Positions 16,940-26,341 of a stretch of DNA of 64,000 bases are shown here, piece after piece. A program made the position numbers and the translations under genes. This stretch comes from Alphaproteobacteria bacterium. Its GTDB lineage: Bacteria > Pseudomonadota > Alphaproteobacteria > Caulobacterales > Hyphomonadaceae. Positions within the stretch are counted from its first letter, which is position 1; every line of letters begins with the position of its first letter. The stretch is from positions 14,047-78,046 of the forward strand of contig JAHJYW010000015.1 of NCBI GenBank assembly GCA_018827375.1, read 5' to 3'. A model generated the notes under the pieces. It saw only the letters and a list, made by a program, of their open reading frames with translations, searched no databases and was not told the origin of the DNA.

Positions 16940-18265
16940 ATGGACGACCTCAGTGTAATCGATCAGTTCGTTGCGACATTCTCCACCTATATCGATAGCG
17001 GTTTCGGCTTGCTGCAACCCGATGTCGCCTACCTGACCAGCACGCTGATTGCGATCGACATTGCGCTGGCGGGCCTGTTCTGGGCCATGGGGCCTGACAC
17101 CGATATTGTCGGTCGTTTCCTGAAGAAGGTCCTCTATGTGGGCGCCTTTGCCTTCATACTCGGCAATTTTGCGCTCCTGTCCGATATGGTCTTTGCCAGT
17201 TTTGCGCAGCTCGGGCTCAACGCGACGGGCGGTACGATCACGGCTGAGGATGTCATGAAGCCAGGCTTCGTTGCCGCGACCGGGTATGAGGCCGCCCTGC
17301 CCTTGCTTGACGAGATCGAGAAGCTGACCGGCCCGGTCGCATTCTTCCAGAACATCGTGATCATCATTGTCCTCTTCCTTGCCTGGGCGATCACGCTCCT
17401 GGCCTTCTTCCTCCTCGCCATCCAGCTCTTTGTCACGATTATCGAGTTCAAGCTGACGACCCTTGCCGGCTTCGTGCTCATCCCGTTCGCGCTCTGGAAC
17501 AAGACAAGCTTTCTGGCCGAGAAAGTGCTCGGCAACGTCATCGCATCCGGTATCAAGCTCATGGTGCTGGCCCTCATACTCGGCATCGGGTCCACGCTTT
17601 TTTCCGCCATCACGTCGACCTTCCAGCCAGATGCAGTGACGCTTGAGCAGGCCGCCTCGGTCATTCTCGGATCGCTCTCGCTCCTCGCCCTTGGCCTGTT
17701 CGGTCCAGGCATCGCCACCGGCCTTGTATCGGGCGCTCCGCAACTTGGCGCAGGCGCTGCCATTGGCACGGCTGCTGGCGTCGCCGCCGGAACGGTCGCT
17801 GGCGTCAGCCTTGCCAGGACAGGCATCGGCGCGGCGGCGGGCCAGACCCGCAGTGCGGTCGGCGCCGCAGCGTCAATGGCGGGCGGCGCGCGCACGGCCT
17901 ATCAAATGCGTGCCGCCGCCTCTGGCAGGACAGGATCAGGCGCAGCAATGGCCGGCATGAGCGGGATCGCCCAGGCAGGCATGCATGCCGCGCGGACTGG
18001 CGCAGTCGGCATCGCCCGCCGCGCCGGCGGCAATCTTCAATCGCGCCATACCGCCGGAGCCCGGTCCGCTTTCAGGGCGACTGGCGGCCAGGGCGTACCG
18101 GACGCACCTGCGACGGGAAGCCAGGATACCTCGCCGACATGGGCCCGGCATATCCAACGCACGCAGGGCCTGCGCGATGCGCAGATGATGGCCATTTCTG
18201 CGGTGCGGGACGGTGACAGGCCCGGCGGCGGCCTGTCGATCGAACTCAGAAGCGATGAGGACTGA
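16940..18265 (+). CDS. trbL: TrbL/VirB6
   Basis: F..YIDSGFGLL, IEFKLTTLAGFVLIPF, GLVSGAPQLGAG, Ala/Gly-rich tail. Confidence 0.93.
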   Translation: MDDLSVIDQFVATFSTYIDSGFGLLQPDVAYLTSTLIAIDIALAGLFWAMGPDTDIVGRFLKKVLYVGAFAFILGNFALLSDMVFASFAQLGLNATGGTITAEDVMKPGFVAATGYEAALPLLDEIEKLTGPVAFFQNIVIIIVLFLAWAITLLAFFLLAIQLFVTIIEFKLTTLAGFVLIPFALWNKTSFLAEKVLGNVIASGIKLMVLALILGIGSTLFSAITSTFQPDAVTLEQAASVILGSLSLLALGLFGPGIATGLVSGAPQLGAGAAIGTAAGVAAGTVAGVSLARTGIGAAAGQTRSAVGAAASMAGGARTAYQMRAAASGRTGSGAAMAGMSGIAQAGMHAARTGAVGIARRAGGNLQSRHTAGARSAFRATGGQGVPDAPATGSQDTSPTWARHIQRTQGLRDAQMMAISAVRDGDRPGGGLSIELRSDED

Positions 18266-18266
18266 G

Positions 18267-18953
18267 ATGAGGTTCTGGAACCGGCCATCCCCACGTTATG
18301 GCGACACCCAAAAGCCCGTCACCCCCTACCAACGGGCAGCGCAGGCCTGGGACGACCGGATCGGTTCGGCCCGGGTGCAGGCAGCCAACTGGCGACTTGC
18401 GGCATTGGCCAGTCTTGCACTTTCCTTTGCACTCGCAGCCGGTCTCATCTGGCGTTCGACCCAGTCGATTGTCACACCCTATATCGTCGAACTGACAGGT
18501 GAAGGTGCCGTGCGTGCTGTCGGCCCGGCCGAGGGGCAATACACGCCAACCGATGCACAGATCGCTTTCCACCTGGCAGAATTTGTCCGCAACACCCGTT
18601 CGATTTCGATCGATCCGGTTATCGTCCGGCAAAACTGGCTGAAGGCCTATGCCTATGCAACCGACCGGGCCGCTGCCACGCTGAATGATTATGCGCGCGA
18701 CAATGATCCGTTTGCAGACATAGGAAAACGATCGGTCTCTGTCGACGTGACGAGTGTCGTGCGCGCCTCTGACGACAGCTTCACCGTACGCTGGCGTGAA
18801 ACAACCTATCGCAGCGGCGCGGAGACCGGCCAGTCCATGCATACCGGCATATTCTCCATCGTGATTGACCCGCCCCGCACGGAAGAGGCCCTGCGGGCCA
18901 ATCCGCTCGGCCTCTATGTCCATGGTCTCAACTGGTCGAAAGATCATCAATAG
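18267..18953 (+). CDS. trbF: TrbF/VirB8
   Basis: TPYQRAAQ.WDDRIGSARVQA.NWR, NPLGLYV. Confidence 0.93.
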   Translation: MRFWNRPSPRYGDTQKPVTPYQRAAQAWDDRIGSARVQAANWRLAALASLALSFALAAGLIWRSTQSIVTPYIVELTGEGAVRAVGPAEGQYTPTDAQIAFHLAEFVRNTRSISIDPVIVRQNWLKAYAYATDRAAATLNDYARDNDPFADIGKRSVSVDVTSVVRASDDSFTVRWRETTYRSGAETGQSMHTGIFSIVIDPPRTEEALRANPLGLYVHGLNWSKDHQ

Positions 18954-18966
18954 GAGCATCTATCCC

Positions 18967-19995
18967 ATGCATCGTCCTGTCCTTGCCTTCCTTGCATGCG
19001 CGGTCCTTGTGGCGTGCGAGTCCCTTCCGGCCAATGTGGGTCCGGACATCATGCTCGATGCACCAGACCGTGTCGAAGATCTCCATCTGCCCTTTGACGA
19101 GGACACCGAAGACCTGGCCAGCATGGACGGGCGGTCAGACCCTCTCCTTCAGACGGCCAGTGCGCCGGACGATATTGCCATTCCCATGCAGGGCCACGTC
19201 CTGCCAATGCCCGTAGAATCTGCCGCCCCCTTGTTAAAGCCCTACGAGGCCATCGAGGCGGCGAATGGCAAGGCGGCCATGGAGCCCTCCACTGACAATT
19301 ACATGAACGCGATCCAGGTCTACCCCTACCGTATTGGCGCTCTCTACCAGGTCTATTGCGCGCCCGAACAGATCACTGACGTGGTGCTGCAGCCTGGCGA
19401 AGAACTTGTCTCTGTCTCTGCAGGTGACACGGTGCGCTGGGTGCTTGGAGACACGGTCTCAGGCACGGGCACGCAGGCTCAGGCGCATATCCTGATCAAG
19501 CCGACCCAGGCCGGCCTCAAGACAAATCTCGTCATTACGACGAGCCTTCGTGCCTACCATCTGGAAATGCACGCGTTCGAAGAGACCTATATGGCGGCCG
19601 TGTCCTGGCGCTATGCAGATCAGCAGCTGATGACGCGGGTCATGCGCGCGGACAGCGTCCCGGCGCCTGTTCCGTCATCGCCCGGTTCATTGCCGATCGA
19701 GCGGCTGAAATTTCGCTACGATCTCTACGGCGACTTTCCGCACTGGCGGCCCGAACGCGTGTTCGATGATGGCCGCAAGGTCTATATCCAGTTTCCGGAC
19801 CGGCTCGACCAGGGCGAGGCGCCAGCGCTCTTTGTCGTCGGACGGGACGGCAAGTCCCAACTGGTAAACTATCGCATGTCTGGCACCTATTTTGTCGTCG
19901 ACCGGCTGTTTGCCCGCGCCGAATTGCGTCTTGGCGAAAAACACCAGGATGTCGTGACGATCCTGCGCAATGACCTTGGTGCCACACGGCCATGA
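18967..19995 (+). CDS. trbG: TrbG/VirB9
   Basis: Lipoprotein-like N-terminus, NAIQVYPY..GALYQVY, AGDTVRW, VFDDGRKVYI. Confidence 0.93.
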   Translation: MHRPVLAFLACAVLVACESLPANVGPDIMLDAPDRVEDLHLPFDEDTEDLASMDGRSDPLLQTASAPDDIAIPMQGHVLPMPVESAAPLLKPYEAIEAANGKAAMEPSTDNYMNAIQVYPYRIGALYQVYCAPEQITDVVLQPGEELVSVSAGDTVRWVLGDTVSGTGTQAQAHILIKPTQAGLKTNLVITTSLRAYHLEMHAFEETYMAAVSWRYADQQLMTRVMRADSVPAPVPSSPGSLPIERLKFRYDLYGDFPHWRPERVFDDGRKVYIQFPDRLDQGEAPALFVVGRDGKSQLVNYRMSGTYFVVDRLFARAELRLGEKHQDVVTILRNDLGATRP

Positions 19996-21224
19996 CAGAC
20001 ACGCCCCCTCCTTCAGACCCGCCACTGGAGATTCGTGGCCGCCCGCGGCCGGTCAAACAGTTCTCCAGACGTGCACTCATCCTCTTGCTCGGTACCGCCA
20101 GCGCGATCGTGCTGGGTTCACTCTGCTTTGCGCTGCGCGGAAAGGGGAAGGATGCCGCCGGTCCCGTTCGTGAACTCTATCGCACCGGGCACAATCCGAC
20201 CGCGGATGCCCTGGCAGCGCTGCCTGCATCCTACGAAGAGCTCCGGCCGGCGCCCGACATGCTCGGCCCTCCCTTGCCGGGGGATCTCGGCGCGCCCATC
20301 CTGAAAGCACAGCGTGAAGGTCGCCTGGGAGGGCTGGAGGATGCCCCGGAAAGCGATCACCTGCGTGAAGAGGCAGCTGCGATGGAGACCGAGCTGCGCG
20401 CGCGCCAGTCGGCGCTCGCTGAATCTGCCAGAACAAGCGGCATATTCTTCAAGCGCGGACCAGACATCGGGCGTCCGCGCACTGAAGCTCCGCTTGCCGC
20501 CGCACCGGTCCGCGCCATGCCGCGTCCTGATCTCTCCGCCTTTGCGGCATCTGAGCAGGGCACGTTCGGGTCATCCGTCGGTATGGATCCCAACCGCCAG
20601 GTTTCCAAAGAGGCATTTCTGAGCGGTGGGGCGGATCCAGAAATCTACAATCCACACCAGTTGGAGAGACCCGTATCACCCTATCAGTTGATGGCAGGGA
20701 CGATCATTCCCGCGACCCTTCTGACCGGCGTCAACTCCGACCTTCCAGGGCAAGTCATCGCTCAAGTGACCAGTCCGGTCTATGACACGGTCACGGGCGC
20801 CCACGTTCTCGTACCGCAGGGCTCACGCCTGATCGGGCGCTATGACAGCGTGATCGCCTTCGGCCAGTCGCGCGTGCTCCTGGTCTGGAGCCGGATCATC
20901 ATGCCGGATGGCGCCTCGATCCGGATCGACTCGCTCGCCGGCGTCGACGCTCGCGGATACGCAGGGCTTGAAGACACGGTCGATTATCATTCCCGCAAAC
21001 TCCTCCAGGGCGTTGTGCTTTCCACCCTGCTGGGCGTCGGTACGGAACTCGCAAGTGATGATGAGGGCGATATTGCCCGGGCCCTTCGTCGCTCGGCTCA
21101 GACTGGCGCGGACCAGGCGGGCCAGGACATCGTGCGCCGCAACCTCGATGTCCAGCCGTCGATCACGATACGCCCCGGCTGGCGCCTCGGTGTCCTGGTC
21201 AACAAGGACATTGTATTTCGCTAG
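19992..21224 (+). CDS. trbI: TrbI/VirB10
   Basis: PYQLMAGTIIPA.L.TG.NSDLPG, VPQGSRLIG.YDS, VQPSITIRPG. Confidence 0.95.
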   Translation: MTDTPPPSDPPLEIRGRPRPVKQFSRRALILLLGTASAIVLGSLCFALRGKGKDAAGPVRELYRTGHNPTADALAALPASYEELRPAPDMLGPPLPGDLGAPILKAQREGRLGGLEDAPESDHLREEAAAMETELRARQSALAESARTSGIFFKRGPDIGRPRTEAPLAAAPVRAMPRPDLSAFAASEQGTFGSSVGMDPNRQVSKEAFLSGGADPEIYNPHQLERPVSPYQLMAGTIIPATLLTGVNSDLPGQVIAQVTSPVYDTVTGAHVLVPQGSRLIGRYDSVIAFGQSRVLLVWSRIIMPDGASIRIDSLAGVDARGYAGLEDTVDYHSRKLLQGVVLSTLLGVGTELASDDEGDIARALRRSAQTGADQAGQDIVRRNLDVQPSITIRPGWRLGVLVNKDIVFR

Positions 21225-21346
21225 CACAACACGATCTCAGAAGCGCAAGAGCACGCTCAAGATCATCGGCACGCGATTGCACCAAAGACACGTCACTGAT
21301 TCCAGGTTCGTGTGCCACACGGCAGCGGTCTGCATCAGCAATGGTC

Positions 21347-21390
21347 TTCGGAATACGGGGGCAGGTGTTCAAGTCACCTTAGCGTCACCA
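21347..21390 (+). other. Degenerate tRNA 3' half (anticodon loop to CCA); putative att site at the ICE right end
   Basis: TTCGGAA-TACGG-GGGC-AGGTG/TTCAAGT/CACCT (perfect T-arm)-TAGCGTC-A-CCA; no complementary 5' acceptor strand upstream, so not a full tRNA. Confidence 0.65.
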
Positions 21391-21456
21391 TTTTTCTCTA
21401 ATAATTACAAAGAATCGGCGGACTTTTTCGAGTGATCGTATGGTCACTTATTTTTG

Positions 21457-21476
21457 TGTCCGCACTTTGTCCGCAC
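21457..21476 (+). repeat. Direct repeat TGTCCGCAC-TT-TGTCCGCAC (integrase arm-site-like)
   Basis: 9-bp direct repeat at 11-bp spacing, about 65 bp right of the tRNA fragment. Confidence 0.5.
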
Positions 21477-21813
21477 CGAATGGCAGGAGCTGCAAAGTTA
21501 ACTGGGGTGAGCTTTTCAGGTGCTTGCTGTCGGTGAGGGGCAAGAGTTCGATAAAAAGGCTATCTGTATTAGCGCTTCCCCATTGTCGCCAATCCCGCGA
21601 TCAGCGTCCGAGAAGACACGACGCGATCTCGCTCCGCCATCGGCCGTGAGGTGCGAGGGGGTCGTGTCCGTGTCCGCTGCTAATTTCTTTCACAACTCTG
21701 TCGCCGACTTGCAGCCACGAATCGTGAAATTGTACATATCGACACATCATTATTAGAATCTTGGCAAAGCACAATTGATGCCAAAATGAGCGTCGAGGCA
21801 CTTTTTGACGGGA

Positions 21814-23370
21814 TCAATCGTATGCGGCTGCTGAATAGTCCGCGAATGCGACCTGTACGATCTCTTCCAGTTCGGCGATTTCCGCTTCGGTCAGCCTGGC
21901 GAAAGCGCCGGTCCGTCTCGCCTTGGACAGGTGGCCGTTGTTCTGCCGGACGAACATGATGAAATCCTTGGCCAGACGGTCCGGCATTTCGACACGGTTC
22001 ATGATATTACGTTCAGCGTCATCATGGGCGCGAAGATAGGCGATTTCCCTTGGGAGATCGGTCTCGATGGTTCGCTGGACGCAGGCATACAAGAACTCCG
22101 CCGCCTCTGTTGCGTCGAAGTAGCGATAGAGATCGCCCGTGTCATTGAGCACTTCGACATTGCGCTCAGGCGTGGCGCGCCAATCGATGAATGGCAACAA
22201 CGGAGCGGAGTAGGCTTGCAGCGTTGCCCTGTATTCGTCGATCCGGTCGAGCATGACGCTGGAGACCGGAAACACCATGCCCGCAGGCGCAAATTTCCGT
22301 TCGGCCAGAACATGATGGATCAGGCAGCGGTGCAGGCGCCCGTTTCCGTCTTCGAGCGGGTGAATATAGACAAAGCCGAACGCAAGAACGGCCGCCTGAA
22401 TGACTGCATCGACCTTCGTTACGCGCAACCGATTGTTGCAAGTGTTCCAGGCAAGCATCATGTCCGGCAGATCGTCCGGTCTTGCACCAATGAATTCGGG
22501 CAGAGGATCCTGATTGTGGTCGCGTTCACCCAGAAACACACCGGCAGTCCGATACCCGACCGAAGTGAAGCGGTCGTCTCCCAGCAGAATATTGTGTAGC
22601 CGATAGATCTCCGTCTGGTTCATTGGGCGTTTGCCGGCCTCCTTGATGGCGTTGGCCCAGCGTTCAAGACGGTTGCGCGGGGGACGTTCGCCCTCGATTG
22701 CAAAACTCGCCTGACTGTCTGCCAGAAGCATGAAGCTGGCTGCTCGGGAAATCAGATGCGCGCCGGTCTGGCCCACGGTTTCCTGCGCTGCGTATGCAAG
22801 GTCTCTGGCAATGAAGCCTTGCAGAGCCTCGGTTCTGCGCACGATCGGGCAGAAACCCTTGCTGCCCAGCAGATTGTCCCTGACGCGGTGGCGCTGCGAA
22901 AGATGCGGACGATCAAGGGTAATATAGTCACCGGGATCAAGCGCATCGACCGCCGCGATGCTTGCTGCGTCAGGGATATCCAGTTTCTGGCCCGTGAACT
23001 CTTCGTAGAAGAACCAGAGCCTGCGGGCGAATATGCCTGTTGGTGCGCTTGCAATATAGGCTTCAAGGGGTTTCGGGCCGAGGGCATCGAATGCGCGCTT
23101 CAGAATCAGAAGGTCGAATGTTTCGTTGCGGAGCGCGAAGACTATGTGGGCGATTGGATCCTCGCCCGGATTGTATCTCTTGTCGAACAGCCGCCAAGGT
23201 CCTTCGCGCCGCTGACTTCCGCTGATATGGCCCGACGAGACACAGGCGGGATCGCGTACAGGTGCCTCAAGCCCGAGACCGTGCACGAGGGCGGCCCATC
23301 CGATGAGGCCGGAGTTTTCCGGGAGCGGTTCGTCCTGGAAGCTGGCGGGAGAGGCTGAAAGGAAGGCCAT
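21814..23370 (-). CDS. Fic-family protein (about 518 aa), with inhibitory helix N-terminal to the active site
   Basis: Active site HPLEDGNGRLHR; (S/T)xxxE(G/N)-type motif SFAIEG; start at MAFLSAS chosen. Confidence 0.9.
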   Translation of the reverse strand: MAFLSASPASFQDEPLPENSGLIGWAALVHGLGLEAPVRDPACVSSGHISGSQRREGPWRLFDKRYNPGEDPIAHIVFALRNETFDLLILKRAFDALGPKPLEAYIASAPTGIFARRLWFFYEEFTGQKLDIPDAASIAAVDALDPGDYITLDRPHLSQRHRVRDNLLGSKGFCPIVRRTEALQGFIARDLAYAAQETVGQTGAHLISRAASFMLLADSQASFAIEGERPPRNRLERWANAIKEAGKRPMNQTEIYRLHNILLGDDRFTSVGYRTAGVFLGERDHNQDPLPEFIGARPDDLPDMMLAWNTCNNRLRVTKVDAVIQAAVLAFGFVYIHPLEDGNGRLHRCLIHHVLAERKFAPAGMVFPVSSVMLDRIDEYRATLQAYSAPLLPFIDWRATPERNVEVLNDTGDLYRYFDATEAAEFLYACVQRTIETDLPREIAYLRAHDDAERNIMNRVEMPDRLAKDFIMFVRQNNGHLSKARRTGAFARLTEAEIAELEEIVQVAFADYSAAAYD

Positions 23371-23372
23371 GC

Positions 23373-23566
23373 GTCGAAAAACTCTTATTGGTGTCGAAAC
23401 ACGATTGTATTTTTGCAGTATCGTCGAAAAAGAACAATTACTCGATAACGTCGAGAACTGCAATCAATCATCGAAAATGACGTCAAAATATACCAATTCG
23501 TCGAAAAACACATTAATTATGCGTGCTTGATCCCATTAGTCCATAGGCCAACTCATCCTGTCGAAA
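23373..23566. repeat. Array of GTCGAAA-like heptamers upstream of the fic start
   Basis: Exact copies at 23373, 23393, 23423, 23500, 23560; variants at 23450, 23470, 23482. Confidence 0.75.
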
Positions 23567-23900
23567 CACCCAATGCGGCTGCCACCATGTCCGATCCATC
23601 ATAGGCGCAGTGCTCACGCGGTATCTCAATGAACTGCTTTCAAACATGTATCTGTCCAGTCGCGCATCGAATCCACTCACTTGTGCAAGCCCGCCAGTTT
23701 AACTCATTGTGCTTTTGCTCATCCATAGTGAGGCTCTGAGTCACAAATCAAACTAAACTCAGGCTGAGCACCTTCGTTTGGCAAGCCTCCTGACTTCTCG
23801 CTCGTGTGCGAGGCGCTCGCCCAGCTTAGATCTGTATCTCCCTATCCTTGCGAGCGCCTGCAAATTCGTAGCCCAGGCCGGCGTGTCGCCTCCGGATTGA

Positions 23901-24158
23901 TCGCGCCAGCATGCTAAGACCCGGCTTTTCGATCGGCTTGAGGGACAATTGAATGAGCGGCAGGAACAAGCGCTGCTGCGGATGTTCGCCGAAGGCATCG
24001 ACGGGTTCAGGGGCGGCCTCAGCGCGAAAAACGACATGACGATCACGGGTACACCGACGGCCACCGCTACGCGGGACCTTGCGGACATGGTCAAAAAGGG
24101 CGCTCTCATCCCTCAGGGCGAACTCAAGGCGACCCGGTATTTTCTGAACCTGGACTGA
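23901..24158 (+). pseudogene. C-terminal remnant of a second Fic-family (DUF4172-type) gene
   Basis: AKTRLFDRLEGQLNERQEQALLRMFAEGIDGFRGGLSAKN...TATATRDLADMVKKGAL....ELKATRY matches the C-terminal wHTH of that family; in-frame stop directly upstream. Confidence 0.7.
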
Positions 24159-24339
24159 GGGACTGAAGGGGCTCAGGGCAACGGACCGAAACAATTGAAT
24201 TGTTGCCGACTGCCAGTCACATCCTTTGCGGTTATTGTCAGATCTCTGTCATGAGGCTGAGTGGCATGCTCCCGTAGCGTCACATCTGGCCAGTTGCCTG
24301 ACCCGTGCTAGTCTCCCGCGAAATCGAGGAGACGCCCCC

Positions 24340-25185
24340 ATGCTGCAGAAAACTTATGAAGCCTTCGCTGTCACGATCGAGGACAAGGTCGCTCATATCC
24401 AGATGAACCGTCCCGAAGCGATGAACACGATGAATAAGGCGTTCTGGAACGAGCTGCCAGCCATCGTTCGCGATATCGACATGAACGTGCGCGCACGCTG
24501 CATCGTTATCTCGTCTACCGGTAAGCACTTCTCCGCAGGCATGGATTTGGCCGTATTCGGTTCAGGTGAAGGGGGTGGCAAGGTTGATCGCTATGTCGCG
24601 GCTGAGGCCTTCCGCTCCAACATCCGGCAGATCCAGTCCAGCTTCAACGTTCTGGAAGAGGCGCGTGTGCCCGTTCTCTTTGCCCTGCACGGCGGCGTCA
24701 TCGGCGGTGCGATCGACATGATCTCGGCTGGCGACATCCGCTGGTGTACGAAAGATGCCTTCTTCACGATCATGGAAACCAATATCGCCATGACTGCAGA
24801 CGTCGGCACTTTCCCGCGTCTCCAGCGCTACATCCCCGAAGGATGGGTCAAGGAAATGGCCTATACCGGCCGCCGCATCGATTCCGCCACGGCCAAGGAC
24901 ATCGGCCTCGTGAACGATGTCTTCGATACCCACGAGGAATGCATCGCGCATGTTCTCGCCACGGCGAGGGAAATAGCCTCGAAAGACCCCCTGACGGTCA
25001 CCGGCTGCAAGACGCTGATCAATTACGCGCGCGACCACAACACGGCCGATACGCTTGATTATATCGGCGTCTGGAATGCCGCGATGCTGCCTCCCTCGCA
25101 CATGCAGGAAGCCTTCGCAGCGCGCGCGGAAAAGCGCGACCCGGACTATCCGGACCTGCTGAAACTGCGCGACACGCCGATGTAG
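24340..25185 (+). CDS. Enoyl-CoA hydratase/isomerase (dienoyl-CoA isomerase-like crotonase)
   Basis: MNRPEAMN, FSAGMDL, GGVIGGAIDM, ET.IAMTADVGT. Confidence 0.92.
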   Translation: MLQKTYEAFAVTIEDKVAHIQMNRPEAMNTMNKAFWNELPAIVRDIDMNVRARCIVISSTGKHFSAGMDLAVFGSGEGGGKVDRYVAAEAFRSNIRQIQSSFNVLEEARVPVLFALHGGVIGGAIDMISAGDIRWCTKDAFFTIMETNIAMTADVGTFPRLQRYIPEGWVKEMAYTGRRIDSATAKDIGLVNDVFDTHEECIAHVLATAREIASKDPLTVTGCKTLINYARDHNTADTLDYIGVWNAAMLPPSHMQEAFAARAEKRDPDYPDLLKLRDTPM

Positions 25186-25187
25186 GC

Positions 25188-25463
25188 CTAGGCCGAAACA
25201 ATCCGGTAGACAGCTGTCGCCGTCATCACGACCGTATCGCCGCAAGACGCGGCACCGCCAGTGAACAGCACAGTTCGCGTCTTGCGATCAACGCGTGCCT
25301 TGAATGTCGGCTCACCGGTCACATCCGCGCCGGTCACATCGATTGTGACGGACACAAGTTCCACCATGTCGGGGGCACAAACGCTCTCAGCATCGGCGCG
25401 GATCGCGGCCATAAGGTCGAGCGCAAACCGCTCGTCAGCGCGCAGTCCGTTGATTGTTCGCAT
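25188..25463 (-). CDS. Small HotDog/thioesterase-fold-like protein
   Basis: LVSVTIDV, ARVDRKTRTVLF.GG, V.MTATAVYR pattern; GAGGAAC RBS. Confidence 0.55.
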   Translation of the reverse strand: MRTINGLRADERFALDLMAAIRADAESVCAPDMVELVSVTIDVTGADVTGEPTFKARVDRKTRTVLFTGGAASCGDTVVMTATAVYRIVSA

Positions 25464-25654
25464 GTCTGTTCCTCGTTCAGCAGGGCTGTCCCCGCTGTAG
25501 CGACACAACGCGCGAATGAAAAGAGCCAGACCCGCCTGGAAAGGGGGGCGGCCTGGCTCTTCGGTGCGATCGACCGAGCAGAGGGGCTGCAAGGAACGGT
25601 GATCGCAACCTATATTTACTACGAGCGATATGCGGCAACAGATCAGCCGGAATC

Positions 25655-25680
25655 AAAAAAGCCGCCCTGCGGGGGGCGGC
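25655..25680 (-). terminator. Intrinsic terminator
   Basis: GCCGCCC/GGGCGGC stem with a U6 tract on the minus strand, after the 26136-25714 gene. Confidence 0.75.
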
Positions 25681-25713
25681 CTTGTTTGAATGTCTCCATG
25701 CAGCCTTGATGTG

Positions 25714-26136
25714 TCAGGCGGCTTTGGCGGCCTTCAGTTCGGCATCGAGGTCGTGGCCGATCAGGTCGCCGAGATGACCAAAGCCGGTCATTTCATAATG
25801 CTCTTCCATGAATGTCGAAATCGACGGCAGAAGATGGCCGATGGCCTTGTGGTCCAGTCCCAGCTTGTGAAGCGAGCCGATCATTGTTTGTGCGACAACG
25901 CGCTTGCCGCCGGGCGTCTGCTCGATCAGGCGGGCGATGATGCCGGTTGCGGCGCCGAATTCCGACCCGGTCCGGGCGGCGAGCGCACGAGCGCCGGGGA
26001 TGGCCTTGAACATTGCCGGTGCGAAGGGTGAAGCCTGTCGCTCAGCTGAATTCAATACAATCCCCAGCGCCTTAGTTGCAGTAGATTCCGAGAGTCCATT
26101 GATTGTAGCGATGTGCGCAATGAGATCATTCAGCAT
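25714..26136 (-). CDS. Hypothetical all-alpha protein (140 aa)
   Basis: GGAG RBS, followed by a terminator; MLNDLIAHIATINGLSESTATKALGIVL. Confidence 0.7.
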   Translation of the reverse strand: MLNDLIAHIATINGLSESTATKALGIVLNSAERQASPFAPAMFKAIPGARALAARTGSEFGAATGIIARLIEQTPGGKRVVAQTMIGSLHKLGLDHKAIGHLLPSISTFMEEHYEMTGFGHLGDLIGHDLDAELKAAKAA

Positions 26137-26341
26137 TAGCGTGGCACTCCTAGGATTAATGGCTCCGGAAGACCCATTAACCTCCCACATGCTTTCCGTT
26201 TCCTTTACGCGATGCGCTACATTGCAACTGATTTGCCATAGTCCGTTAAGCGCTGTTAGGACGGGGTAAACAGGTAGGGCACTTTTGTTTACGCCCTGTC
26301 CACAGGCCGCGCGAAGGTCTCATGAAAACAAGGCACGTCAC

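Larger units (their letters stand above)
1..21390. mobile_element. Integrative conjugative element, Tn4371/ICEMlSym-like (left end and integrase outside window)
   Basis: Gene order fseA-like, rdfS-like, DUF2840, traF, relaxase, traG, copG-like, trbBCDEJLFGI. Ends at a tRNA-3'-half-like sequence. No frameshifts seen in the transfer genes. Confidence 0.9.

Noticed and set aside
16935-16940. Absence of trbK between trbJ and trbL
   Set aside because: trbBCDEJLFGI without trbK is the usual arrangement in this ICE family.
14600-17743. Long antisense ORFs over trbE/trbJ/trbL, and similar ones over pckA, thiolase, gcvP and the amidohydrolases
   Set aside because: Typical shadow ORFs of high-GC coding sequence, with no motifs or RBS.
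21310-21390. Complete tRNA gene at the ICE end
   Set aside because: No 5' acceptor strand complementary to TAGCGTC, no D-arm, and the anticodon stem does not pair. Kept only as an att-like fragment.
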